From Octopus vulgaris (Eukaryota), in NCBI GenBank assembly GCA_951406725.2, contig OX597822.1, forward strand, positions 77,376,001-77,440,000: a DNA stretch of 64,000 bases, in the 5' to 3' direction. The translations under genes were made by a program, and so were the position numbers. Below are positions 1 through 13,785 of this stretch, piece by piece (within the stretch, counting starts at the first letter, position 1; each line of letters begins with the position of its first letter). The notes beneath the pieces are model-generated. The model was not told the origin of the DNA and ran no database searches. It worked only from the letters and a program-made list of their open reading frames with translations.

Positions 1-397
1 GACAACAATGTTAACAGCATCAGCCACATGTGTACATGTGTGTTAAATGGATGTGTATACATATACAGGCAGACATATTCATTCAAGATTGAGTGCATGG
101 ATGAGCAGTCTAATTGTCTATAAGTGACAGACACTTGGTGAAGTAAAGAAACTGGAAAGTGAGATAGGCAGGAGAACAGCAAAGTAGACAGACATAGATA
201 TATGCAGAGAGAGAGAGAGAGAGAGAGAGGTAGTAAGTTTAACTGTGAGGAAGGAGTAAGACATAGAAATAATATAGGAAAGAAAAGTGGGGTGGTATTT
301 TGGATTATGAAGAGATAGGTAGAAAAATAAAGAACCATTAAGAATAGATATAAGAATAGATAAGACAGAGAGCTAGATGTGTGTGTGTGTGTGTATG

Positions 398-430
<33 letters not shown>

Positions 431-463
431 ATATATATATATGTGTGTATGTATGTATGTATA

Positions 464-514
<51 letters not shown>

Positions 515-673
515 AGAACAATCTTACTTAGAAATGGATGTGTGCGTTCCGTCATATAATAAATTAATAAATAAAACATATGCATATATACATACATATA
601 TGTACATACCTACCTATGCATGTATATATACATGTAGAGGTAGGTATGTACATATACGTATGTATATATGCAT

Positions 674-712
<39 letters not shown>

Positions 713-1429
713 GTACATATGTATATGAGGCTTTATGGTGGAAATCTCAGATAAAATTTTTAATCACATAGCTCATATTACATAAATTATATATACTATA
801 CACACACATATACGCACACACAGATGCACGCACAAATACCTGGTATAAATATGTCACAGGTACACATATCCACATTATGTATATTTAAGTGTGTGCTGCT
901 ATGTATATATATACACATTCCTGTACTACATATATATATATACACACAGACACATATATATACATATGCACACAAGCACATATGTGTGTGTGTGCATGCG
1001 TGTGTGTGTGTGTGCATACACATTCAGAGCATGTGTACACTCATATATTACATATATACCTGCAACATTATCTACATACATGATGCAGGTACTTAGATAA
1101 ATACACACATAAAATAAATTCCCTAAGCAACAGAACAAATTTATCCAACATCAATATGTGCACATACACGTACGCACACGTGCTCACATATGGATAGAGA
1201 CACACACACACACACAGAGGCATATAGATGCATTCATTGATATCCATGTATCTGTGGATGATATCATAGACTACTTATGGAAAAATTTCACTCATTTCAC
1301 CCCCCCCCCCCCGACTGTAACCCATCACCACCCCTTTTCTGCTTATGAATTCTCAACAATAACAAACAGAAAGCTTAGCCAATTCCCCATTATATTTCAT
1401 TATGTCTGTACTCATATAATTGTTATTTT

Positions 1430-1901
1430 TATCATATATATATATATGTATGTATTTATATGTATTTATATGTATGTATGTATTTATATGTATGTATGTA
1501 TTTATTTATATGTATGTATATATATATATTTATATGTATTTATATGTATGTATATATATATATGTATGTATATATATATATATATATATATATTTGTATG
1601 TATATACATGTATGTATATATATATATATATATGTATGTATATATATATATGTATGTATGTATATATATATATATGTATGTATGTATATATATATATATG
1701 TATATGTGTATATATATGTATATGTGTATATATATGTGTATATATATATGTATGTGCATATATATATATGTATGTATGTATGTATATATATATATATTTG
1801 TATGTATATGTATATATATATTTATATGTATGTATATATCTATGTATATACATATATATATATACATACATACATGTACACACACATGCACACACATATT
1901 C

Positions 1902-1951
<50 letters not shown>

Positions 1952-2200
1952 GCATATATATACACACATGCACATACATGCACACATATATACACACACA
2001 AACACATAAACACACACATATATGTATATATATATATATATATCTATATATATCTATGTATATATATATATACACATGCATATATATGTATACACACGTG
2101 CACATACATGCACACATACATACACATGCAAACTCGCACACACACATATATATATGTACATACATACACACACATGCACATATACATACATTCATACATG
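1430..2200. repeat. Compound (TA)n/(TATG)n/(CA)n microsatellite tract
   Basis: Directly visible. Similar tracts at 377-730, 12680-13065, 32660-33860, 47880-48390 and 52500-55310. Confidence 0.97.
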
Positions 2201-2206
2201 CCTTGT

Positions 2207-2537
2207 GAAGGTGCATGGGTCAGTGGTTAGAGCATCGAGCTAATTATCATGAGGTTGTCAGTTCGAATCCTGGACTGGGCTGCATGTTGTCTTCTTGAGC
2301 AAGACACTTTATTTTACGTTGCTCCAGTTCACTCAGCTTCAAAAATGAGTTGCGATGTCACAGGTGTCAAGCTGTATCAGCCTTTGCCTTTTCCTTGGAT
2401 AACACGGGTGACTTGGAGAGGGGAGGCCGGCTTGCATGGACGACTGCTGGTCTTCCATAAACAACCTTGCCCGGACTTGTGCCTGGGAGGGTAACTTTCT
2501 CAGTGCAATCCCATGGTCAGTCATGACCGAAAGGGGT
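2207..2537 (+). mobile_element. tRNA-derived CORE-type SINE family E, full length
   Basis: GGTCAGTGGTTAGAGC A-box, GTTCGAATCC B-box and CTTGAGCAAGACACTT CORE-like block. Inverse copy at 46645-46982. Confidence 0.85.
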
Positions 2538-3364
2538 GTTGGCATACATGCCTCACACATGTACTTACGTGCGTTATAGGATGTAATTGTTTGTTACAAC
2601 TACTAAATACATCAAACTAAGTCGAAGGATTCAATACCCATATTTATTGATATCCTGTAGTAATCTAGTAAACATTTTATTTTGTTGCTGATTATGATGT
2701 AAAGCATTCCATGCATGACCATCGCATTGATATTTAATTTTAATTTTCTCCTAGATATAGCCCATCCAGGACTACATTACCTGATATGTACTTCTTTTCC
2801 TGAGACTGTCATTTGAAAACACTTGCGCGAGGTGCCATACAGTGGGACTGAACTCAGAACACATAGCCACACACACATGTATATACAAACACACACACAG
2901 TTAGCTCCCACACAATTTCCATCTTGCAAATTCATTCCCATGGCATTGGTTTGCCCAAGGCTATAGCTGAAGGCATAAGCTCAAGGTGCCATACAGTGGG
3001 ACTGAACTCAGAACCATGTGGTTGGGAAGCAAGCTTCTTACCACATAGCCACACACACACACAGTTAGCTCCCACACAATTTCCATCTTGCAAGTTCATT
3101 CCCATAGCATTGGTTTGCCCAAGGCTATAGCTGAAGGCATAAGCTCAAGGTGCCATACAGTGGGACTGAACTCAGAACTATGTGGTTGCAAAGGAAGCTT
3201 CTTAACTGCAAATTTACCTCAGTTGGGTAATAAAAAAGGAATATACTTTATTTTTTTCTTTTAGTCCAAATTAGAAAGCTGGTATCGCAAGTGAAATGTG
3301 TCAGCTGTCACAGTTGACTAACCCAGTAACTTCTCTTTTCCTTATATTTAAGTAATATATTATT

Positions 3365-3843
3365 TTAACCTTTCCGTTACCGTATTTATTTTGAGATGCT
3401 CTGTGTTTCTTTCAATTACTTATATAACAAAGAATTTAGTAAAATAACTTAGATGTCATTAAGCTAGTGTTAGGAACATAAATTGTGACTAAGGTTTGGT
3501 GGAAGATTTTAATTCAGAGCTTATGAAAACAAGACATTTGTACTAGAACCAGAGGCAGTTTCAGGAGGGTTGGTATGGAAAGGGTTAAGAATCGTTTCTC
3601 TATTATGTATTTTAAGCTTTTTGTGACCATATTTCGCTTGAGATGCTTTGTGTTTCTTTCAATTAATCTTAAATATAACAAAGAATTTAGTAAAATAACT
3701 TAGTTATCATTAAGCTAGTGTTAGGAACATAAATTGTGACTAAGGTTTGGTGGAAGGTTGTTATTCAAAACTTATGAAAACAAGACATTTTTGTGCTACA
3801 GAGCCAGAGGTGGTTTTAGCCAGGTTGGTATCAAAAGGGTTAA
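3365..3843 (+). mobile_element. Tandem dimer of a ~225 bp TTAA-flanked (piggyBac-type) MITE
   Basis: Units run TTAA-CC(C)TTT...AAAGGG-TTAA (3365-3588 and 3612-3843). The same family occurs at 49983-50458. Confidence 0.75.
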
Positions 3844-4044
3844 TATCAACAGCTTTAGCTATATTCAAGAACTCAATGAAAAATTTTTGTTTTTAATGCA
3901 TTGAGGAAACATTTGCTCAATATTATATTTATTTCTGGCTTCTTAAAAGAATAGAGATTGCCAGGTGGAATAATGTTTCAAATTTTGTTACAAGGCCAGT
4001 AATTTTGGGGGAAAGGTTAAATTGATCACATCGACCCAGTGTTC

Positions 4045-4650
4045 ATTATCATCATCATCATTTAACATCTGCTTTCCATGCTGGCATTGGTTTGATGGTT
4101 TTAACTGAGGGTTGGCAAGCCAAGAGACTGTATCAGGCTCCAATCTGATCTGGCAAGGTTTCTACAGCTTGATTCACTTCTTAATGCCAACCACTCCAAG
4201 AGTGTAGTGGATGTTTTTACATACCGTCGGCACAAGGGCCAGTCAGGCAGTACTGGCATTGACCATGCTTGAATGGTGCTTTTTACATACCACCGGCACT
4301 GGTATTGGCTATGCTTGAATAGTGCTTTTCACATGCCACTGGCACTAGCATTGACTACGCTTGAATGGTGCTTTTAATATTCCACCAGAATGGGCACCAA
4401 TTAAGCGGCACTGGCATCAAATACGCTTGAATAGTGCCCTTTACATGCCACCAGGACAGAGGCCAGTCAGGTGGCACTGGCGTCAGCTATGCTTGAATGG
4501 TGCTTTTTATGTTCCACCAGAATGGGCACCAATTAAGCAGCACTGGCATCAACTACACTTGAATAGTGCCCTTTACATGCCACCAGCATAGAGGCCAGTC
4601 AGGTGGCACTGGTGTCAGCTATGCTTGAATGGTGCTTTTTACATGCCACC
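4045..4650 (-). mobile_element. 5'-truncated RTE 3' UTR copy with an expanded 66 bp minisatellite
   Basis: (CAT)n then TTTAACATCTGCTTTCCATGCTGGCAT. Other copies lie near 5655-5810, 7450-7695, 18377-18637, 20410-20610, 26715-26915, 28940-29275, 43285-43665 and 61650-61930. Confidence 0.8.
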
Positions 4651-5392
4651 TTCAGTGGAATTTGAAATTAGAATGTAAAAGCAGTTGAAATGCTACTGAG
4701 CATTTGCCTGACTTGCTAACGTTTCTACCAGCTCTCTGCCTTTGCCAGGAGGAATATTGGAGGCTTAATGTTCTGCTTCACTTTTGTTCATTTTAACTCC
4801 TTAGACCAGGAGGATGGGGCAGTGCCCACGAAATATTTGTAGGTCTGCCTAGATTGATCAAGATTATTGTCATTCGTGTTCCTCTCAAACATTTGTAAAT
4901 CAGTGTGGAGAGATAAGAATCTGACATTTGAGATCATGATGCAGGAAAATTTGCTTCTGTTACTGGTTACATATTCTGGTGATCTATATCATCCAACATT
5001 ATAAAGTAACTCTGAGCCTCCTGAAACAGCTGTTGTACTTGTAACACCATACTTCTCCTTTTGTTCTCAGTGTAAGTTAGCTCTGTTAATATATCAATAT
5101 CTCTATATTTATCCTTGAATAATCATCAACTGAAAATTTTCAGCTTTTGCTTTCACTCTTTATATACTTGTATATATATTTTGTATATCAAACCTATGCA
5201 GTTTTATTTGCTTATTTGCATCATTGTCTCCATATCTGCTCACCTAGTTTCCTTTTATAGCCATTCTTTACCCTGCGGACTTGGTCCTCGGTAAAGGTTT
5301 CAGGGCATAAGTTCAAACCATTTGAGCACTACAAAGTGTTTCCTTTATTGAGCGTCTCTGGATCTCATGTTGACTCTTTCTCTGTCTGTCTG

Positions 5393-5428
<36 letters not shown>

Positions 5429-6224
5429 ATATACATATCTTAAAGATAAGATATTAAATTTTAATATGAAATTATCCTTCTCCAGCTTTGGGTTAAGTAG
5501 CTAAAAAAACACCACAGATACGGCTCTGAGAAACTAGAGATGTAGGCTCTGAGAAACTAGAGATGTAGAAAACAAAGATGGTTGCATTGTGAACCCAGTG
5601 TTTATTTCAAATCACTACACACACATACACAAAGTGTATACATAGACACAGTCCGCTCTGTAAAGTGGTCAGCATCAGGAAGTGCTTCCATCCATAAAAA
5701 CCAATCCAAAACAGACACTGGAGCTGGGCACAGGTCTCTGGAGCTTACAAGCTCCTTTCAAACCGTCTAACCCATGCCAGGATGGAAAAACGAACATTAA
5801 ATGATGATGTTGAAGAATATGACACAGATATCTATACCCCGTAACTTAGCAGTTCAGCAAAAAAGACTGGCAGAATAAGTACTAGGCTTACAAAGAATAA
5901 GTCCTGGGGTTGATTTGCTTGATTAAAAGCAGTCTTCCAGCATGGCCACAGTAAAATTACTTAAACAAGTAAAAGAATATGTACACACACACACACATAA
6001 ATATAGAGACATATGCATGTATGTAAATACACACATACACACAAATAATAAGACATGATGTGGGATTGATCCTGTGACCTCATGGTTGTAAAGCAAACAT
6101 CTTAACAGCACAACTATACCTACATCCATATTTTGATCCATCTTACACTTATGGTGAAGTGTCTAATTTAATTTAGTATTTATTCATAATCAGATCCCAC
6201 CATCACCACACTACTACTACAAAT

Positions 6225-6261
6225 ATATATGTAATAAGATATGTATGCATGTATGTATATA

Positions 6262-6297
<36 letters not shown>

Positions 6298-6705
6298 TAT
6301 ATGTGTGTATATATGTATGTATATGTATATATGTATGTATGTATGTATGTATGTGTATATGTATGTGTAATTATGTATGTATATATATATATATGTATGT
6401 GTATGAATTTATATGTATGTGTATGTATGTATATATATATGTATGTGTATGTATGTATGTGTGTATATATGTATGTATATATATATATGTGTGTGTATGT
6501 ATATATGTATGTATGTATGTATGTATATGTATGTATGTATGTATATGTATGTATGTGTATGTATATATATGTATGTATATATGTATGCATGTATATATAT
6601 ATACGTTTATATATATGTATGTGTATGTATATATATGTATGTATATATGTATATATATATATATATATACGTATATATATATATGTATATATATGTATAT
6701 ATATG

Positions 6706-6750
<45 letters not shown>

Positions 6751-6751
6751 G

Positions 6752-6782
<31 letters not shown>

Positions 6783-7050
6783 GTATATATATGTATATAT
6801 ATGTATATATATATATGTATATATATATGTATATGTATATATATATGTATATATATGTATATGTATATATATATATGTATATATATATATATGTATATAT
6901 ATATGTATATATATATATGTATGTATGCATATATATGTATGTATATATATGTATGTATGCATATATATGTATGTATATATATGTATGTATGTATGTATAT
7001 ATATATGTATGTATATATGTATGTATATATATCAACATGCATACATGCAA
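6225..7050. repeat. (TATG)n/(TA)n microsatellite tract
   Basis: About 800 bp of alternating purine/pyrimidine repeat, the source of several spurious YIYI ORFs. Confidence 0.97.
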
Positions 7051-7762
7051 TACTTAGCACCAAAAGTCTAAATGTGTTGATGTATTTGTGAAATCCCTGA
7101 TGGAATTTAAATCTTGACTAACAAGAGGAGGAGGGGTCAGAATTAACGAAAGGTAACACAGTAGAACTTATATCACAGGTTTCTCTAATCAACAAGGATA
7201 GGATTAAGATGAGATTTCATCTCATTACTAGATGGCTGTCTGCTTTTCTTCTCTTGTTTTATTCTATCTCAGGATTTTATTTTGTACGTGACTCCTTTTG
7301 AATCTCTGTTATATTGTTAATTGAATTTAATTGGAGTGTTGTAATTAGATTTTAACACAAATTGAGAAATATATATGTATATGTGTGTGAATAGCTATGT
7401 ATATATATATAAATATGCGTGTGTGTGTGTGCTTATATGTACAGGTATATATCATCATCATCATTATCATCCTTGTTGAATGTCCACTTTCCATGCTGGC
7501 ATGGGTTGAACGGTTTTGACTGAGAACTGAGAAGCCGGGGAGGCTGCACCAGACTCCAATCTGATTTGGCAAGGTTTCTACAGCTGGATGCCCTTCCTAC
7601 TTCCTAGCACTAACCACTCCGAGAGTGTAGTGAGTATTTCTTACATGCCACTGGCACGGGTGCCAGTCAGGCGGCACTGGCATTGGCCATGCTTGATATA
7701 TGTATATCTATATGTGTATGTGTGTGTATGTATGTATGTATGTATGTATGTATGTATGTATG

Positions 7763-7810
<48 letters not shown>

Positions 7811-8604
7811 CACACACATTTACTTATATATGTGAGGTAAGGGGGGCTCCAAAAGGGTTCTCAGGGAGTAGTGTCCATGCCTTCCTGAGCTAGTTTTCCA
7901 CCACATTTCTTAAAAATCATGGTAGAGGCCTTGGTCTCGAGACCACTCTTGTCGGGAAACTGAGGTTGGGGTTAAGCAAGGGCATGCTCCCTTTGGAAAA
8001 TCCAGCTCCAAAAAAGCCACATAACAGTAAGGGAGAATGGGCACCAGCCAGCCCAAAGGTTGGGGTGGGCTGCACCTGCCTCAGTTACTACGGCATTGAG
8101 GTAGATCCAGTCACTCCCATTAATGGGAACAAAATCCGGATTTAAAACACTGAATGATCATGGTAATTGTATATTATGTGTGTATAACCATAGGTAATAA
8201 TACACTCAGAGGAAGCCACAAAGTAGTTTCATTGCTTGCTGAAAGGTATAGAAATAACTGGACTTTTAAATCTTTAATATTGTCTTGCCTGCTTCCCTCC
8301 AATGTGCTATATATATATATATATAGTATATCTTGTTTGTATAGTTAGATGTATCAATCATCCAGTTAACTTTCAATAAACTGTTATGGTTACTATTGTA
8401 CTTAGTAGTATTATTGGTTATGTTATATAGAGCAAATATAAGGTTATGTTATTGGTTATGTTATATGGAGCTATTATGATATAAACACAAAATGCTGTTT
8501 ATACATTTGTTTCCTACACAGTGGCAAAACAAGCATAGGGATCAACTGGTATAAACTGCATGCTGTATTTATCTAATTTTTCCTATCTATATAATATTTA
8601 TAAA

Positions 8605-8649
<45 letters not shown>

Positions 8650-9759
8650 TATATATATATATATATAGTGTATGATACAAATAAGATGATGTTTTTCCAA
8701 ATGCAAAGTTGTCATTAGAACAGCAGAAATACTGGGTAAATTACCCTTACAAGGCGGAAAAATTTGTCAACAACCAACCATGGGATTCTGACCCATACTC
8801 CTCAAAGGCTCTTGCTGAGTGCTTTACCATTAAGCTAAACTGCCTGCTGACAAATTCATCCACCGAATCAGACACTAAATACTCTAGCTTTATAGAGCAG
8901 CCAGTTTCTATATATATTTGTTTGTTTACATTTATACACACATGATTGATATATATTTTTCAAAGAAAATATTTCTCCCAGCATTCACTATTTTCCTCTC
9001 GTTCTGGTCTAATGACCCTCCACGTTGGTTTTTGTTTGGTTTTCTTGTATGCTTAGTAGAATTTTTTTCTGGATCTTTCCATCCTAAGTTCAAATTCTGC
9101 CAAGGACATCCTTGCCTTTTTCCCTTTAAGAGTCAATAAAATACCAGTTGAGCTCTAGGGTTGATGTCACCAACTTTCTTCCCCTCAGAAAATTGTTGAC
9201 TAGGAAGTTTTATTATTGAATGAGAGAGCAGTGCATACCATCAAAGTGGCACTAAGGTAAAATATACGAAGCCCAATATACCCATCATGACTACCCATCT
9301 GATAAGGGTACACCAGGCATCACAACCATATGTGCACATGGTGATCTGATATCAAGATAAACAGTACATGACCTTGCAGGTGGGACCCAGTTAGAATTTT
9401 CTTCCGGTCAAGTAGCCCATCTCGCTCAAAAGGTCCCTGAATAAGGGTTGATTAAGGATGTTGAACGAAACTCCCATGTTTCCAGAGGTGAATTATCCAA
9501 ACCCCCCAAGTTCCTCTCAGCACATGGCTCTGATGCCCCCACATTGTTTCAGCTCATGATCAGAGGTGCACATATCATCAGCCATTAAGGGACATGCTCA
9601 ACTGGCTAAAGTCAAACAACTGACAAGCAAATCTGTGGTATTGAATAGAATATTTGCTGTAGCCCAAGACAAAACAATGTATATGATAACACTTCTGATC
9701 GGTTAAGATCAAAAGCCATGAGAGCCACAACTTGGTATTGCATCAGGGCATTTATTATT

Positions 9760-10016
9760 TGATGCTAACTCTCAGCTTATTTTGCTGGGTGTGATGGAAA
9801 GTGTCAGCTGTCCACAGCCAGCAGTCTAAGGTGACATTTGTTTACTGGTCATGCTTCAAGAACCCTGCAAGCAATTCTTGCAGTTACAAGCAATGCTGAT
9901 TTTTATAGGTATTCTACCTTCACACTTGCACCGATCTTTTTCAGCCATGTTGGTAGTTGAGTGCTGATAATTCCAAGTGCACCAATTACTATTCGTATCA
10001 CGTCTATATTTTTCAT
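9760..10016 (-). mobile_element. R4/Dong/NeSL-type (RLE endonuclease) non-LTR retrotransposon 3' end
   Basis: 10016-9849 translates MKNIDVIRIVIGALGIISTQLPTWLKKIGASVKVEYL*KSALLVTARIACRVLEA*, matching the PIVIGALG...QKxxLLxTARI motif. Ends at TAA repeats. Confidence 0.85.
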
Positions 10017-10239
10017 TGACCACAATCTTCGTTCTCATCATTATCATCATTAATACAATCATTATTATTATCATTATTTTCATTAGCATCTTTTTTCAGT
10101 ACTATTTCCATTTCTTGCCAAGTGTCTTCCTGACACCTAGGGCAGAGAAATGTACTGTATACATTGGTAGGCCATTAAAACAAACACATTAGATTGTTCA
10201 TTTGCAAAGTCATGTGATAGGGAAAAAGGGGAATTATTA

Positions 10240-10270
<31 letters not shown>

Positions 10271-11352
10271 GTCTACAGATTGACAGAATCTTTGCAGTAT
10301 TGGGGGAAAAAGCATTGCAATAATTCGTTGTCCTCTTTTACAATCTAAGTTCAAATGTTCCTTATGGTATTGAGTTACATCCATTTACATGCCAAGTTCA
10401 AATTTCCTTTACACATAACTTTGTCTTTTGTTCCTGGAGATCAAAATAAATAAACAGATAAATGAATAAAATATGTACCAGTAATATACTAAATTTGATT
10501 TGGCTGGGTGGGGCAAGAAACCAGGATTCAAGTGTTGCACCTAACCAGGTCTAAGATTTTATAACAAAATGGACTTAGTGAAAGATACACAAAAAATTAG
10601 CTGAAGGTGTTAAGCAAGGTGACAGATTAAGTCTTTTTCTTTATGAAGCTGAAATTACATGGAAAAATACAAGCCAAGGCAGCCAAAAGAAAGCTAGATA
10701 TCACTAAAAATGAGATCGTAGGATTATCCCAGTGTAAAGTCTTTCAATGTTAGGCTGTTGTTTGTTTAAAAAAACATAGAGAGATATAATTCTCTCCTAT
10801 AAAAAAAGATAATTACGTTTTTTGTTTGACACTGTGCTGTATTTTCTTTTTCTTTGTTTGCATGAAGAGAACTTTGCAATTAGAAGTGTTTATCACCTCA
10901 AAGATAAAAGATATCAGACTGGAGGAAAATGAACAACAAAAACAAAAAAAAAAGCAAACAAAAAAACAAATGCAATATCATCATACTAAGATAAACAGAC
11001 AAAAGAAAACATTTTTTTCAATTATTCACAGAATTCACATTATATTAGTCTGTTCTTATTAGTTTTTTACGTAATTGTAAAATTCTGAGAGATTAAGATT
11101 GTGCAAAATTGTAGAAAAAGTGTTGAAGCTGGAAAAAAAATCAGGGCAAAAAATTGCCTAGCATATGTATATATATTATATACATATATTTATAAATAAT
11201 ATACAATATGGCTTATAAATAATATACCACATATAGTATATATATATATATCATATATAATGTACTTTTGTATTGCTTTTTCTATACATACATACATATA
11301 TATTTAGTCCTTTTATGTACATTATCTCTACAAATATAATGGATGTTATATA

Positions 11353-11394
<42 letters not shown>

Positions 11395-11729
11395 CATACA
11401 AACATATATGTAAAATGTGTGAGATATATTTATATATATATATTTATTTATATATATATATATATTTATATATATACATACATATATGTAAAATGTATAA
11501 GATATATGATTATATATATACATATATATATACACAATGTGTGTATAAGTGAACTATCTCAAATCTTTCTATTTATCAGTGAAAACTTTACAACATTCTT
11601 TGTAATTCATTATATATACATTTGCGACATACTCAATGTATGTGTTAATTTTACAAAAATACACCCAAAATTGTTGCACATATAAAAATGAAGCAGATTT
11701 TTTTTCCATGTATGGTTATATATATAATA

Positions 11730-12370
11730 TACAGAGTGGTCCAATAGTCTGAATCCATAAAAATTTCTTTTTATATACATTTTTCTTATGTAACAATCAT
11801 GGTTTAGCCAGAACTATTCTGTGAAAGTATAACCAGTCTGTATGTTTTTGACAATAATGTTACCAGAGAAGCATACATCAATATATTACAATCTTTTTTT
11901 TTAAAAAGAGAATTGGATGACATTTCTGTTAGAATAGTGTAAAATATTTTTACAACGTGATACCCAAGTACATTCTTTTTTTTCAATTTGGTTGAGGAAT
12001 TATTTATATGAAACTTTTTCAAAAACATAGATTGTGAAAAAAAAATCTTGTTGAATGACCAATTTGATTTTCCAGACATGATGGCATATGTGTGAGTGTG
12101 GGTCATCAGTAATCTATATGAATCAATCTGAAACAATCAATGTATTAAAGAAAGCAATCATACTGACGTGTGATAGTGCTACAGATATTCCCGAGTGAGA
12201 ATTCAAAATTCTTGAAGTGAAATCAATGAAATCAAATAGGATATGTGTTGAAGGCCACCAGTTTGAACAAATTTTTGACATTTAAATAAAGTTGTCTTTC
12301 CACAGAGCCAACATTTTCAGATATCTTTGTTTGTTTTTTTTAAATATATAATTGTATTACATTTGATTGA
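11730..12370 (+). mobile_element. Highly decayed ITm (DD41D/rosa-like) transposon remnant
   Basis: TA|CAGAGTGGTCCAATAGTC terminus. Eroded translations resemble RNYLxETF..RWIG and WPxRSPD, and the C-terminal EGHQFEQ (12250-12272) matches the GGHFEx motif. Confidence 0.5.
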
Positions 12371-12574
12371 TTCTAGTTTCAGCTCACGAGCTGTGGCCAT
12401 GCTGGGGCACCACCATTTGCATGCATATATATATATATATGTGTGTGAGTGTAAATATGTATGTATGTATGTATATAACGGGAAGCTTTATGAAAATAAA
12501 GAAAAGACGAAGGCAGGTGGAATACAAACAAACGATTGTATTAGTATGGCGCTCAGGAATATAAATAAAACAAG

Positions 12575-12612
12575 TCTTTTACGTTTCGAGCCTACGCTCT
12601 TCAACAGAAAGA
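12575..12612 (-). ncRNA. Minimal hammerhead motif, core variant
   Basis: Minus strand TCTTT-CTGTTGA-A-GAGC-GTAG-GCTC-GAAA-CG-TA-AAAGA. Stems I and II are perfect, stem III is reduced to palindromic ACGT, A6 is replaced by U. Confidence 0.7.
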
Positions 12613-12760
12613 TACACAGAAAAGAAACACAGAAAGAAACCAGGAGAGAAAAAAAATGCGTGCAGAGGCTAGCGAATCAACATATATATGTATATATATG
12701 TATGTGTGTGTATATATATATGTATATGTGTATATATGTATATATATGTGTATATATATA

Positions 12761-12809
<49 letters not shown>

Positions 12810-12950
12810 GTGTGTGTGTATATATATATATATATGTATATGTGCATATATATATGTGTGTGTGTGTATGTGCATGTATGTGTATAGATATGTATGTATA
12901 TATATATATATGCATCTATTTTTATGTGTGTATATTCTTATATATATATA

Positions 12951-13002
<52 letters not shown>

Positions 13003-13340
13003 TATATGTTTGTGTATGTATATTCTTCTATATATATGTATAAGTGTATGTATGTGTGTGTGTTTGAAAGATTTATTTACATCTTTTCTCTTGTTCTTCA
13101 TGTATTATAAATCCATAAACATCTCTAAAGCAATTTTGGAATATAAATCCCCTCTGTTTCAATTAGTTTTTCAACTCCAGAAACTCAGAATATAAAGAAC
13201 TGTTACTAAAAAAACAAGGCATTTTGTTGGCCTCTCTTATGATAAAACCGTTCTACTTTTTGCAAATCCATTACTGCATGGGTGTGCATATATATGCATA
13301 TGTATATATATATATATATACATACATATATATATATATA

Positions 13341-13785
13341 TATAAAGAATAAGGAGAAAATGGAGAGGTAATTGCTAAAATATTATTTATTTGATGTAAA
13401 ATATGACAACACCTCTGACAGCTGTTTCAGTTCAGTAATCTTTAGATAATTAATTTATAAAATGAATCTCAGCTTGTATTTCTAATTGGTATAGCTTTAC
13501 TACCTTTGAAGATATTCATCTTATAACGATTTTAATTTTATAAATTAATTATCTAAAGATTACTGAATCAAAACAGATGTCAGAAATATTCTCTTACTTT
13601 ATATTGAATGAATAATATTTTATTAATTTCCTCTCCATTTTCTCTTTATTCTTTAAATATATAAATATATGAACTACGGTTTATATTGTTACCTTATAGT
13701 TGAACTTTCTATGGATTGGTAACTAACCAGTATTTTCAATGGATTTTATTATCCCTTAATGAGGTTTATAACCCTTACTTGAATA
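13341..13785 (+). mobile_element. Penelope-like fold-back element in (TA)n
   Basis: Inverted arms about 13341-13465 and 13535-13660 plus a tail. Contains GAAACAGCTGTC (minus strand, near 13417-13428) and a degenerate hammerhead at 13501-13585. Confidence 0.65.

Noticed and set aside
2207-2280. tRNA gene candidates (also 37688, 42980, 46910, 58500)
   Set aside because: They are SINE heads that continue into repeated bodies, with imperfect acceptor and anticodon stems.
4240-4650. Regularly spaced repeats resembling a CRISPR array
   Set aside because: The spacers are homologous to each other, the array is part of an RTE 3' UTR, the context is eukaryotic and there are no cas genes.
373-7091. 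Long ORFs rich in [12 protein letters not shown] (also 12327-13195, 32656-33920, 47771-48477, 52529-55376)
   Set aside because: Translations of dinucleotide and tetranucleotide microsatellites that lack stop codons in all frames. No protein-like complexity.
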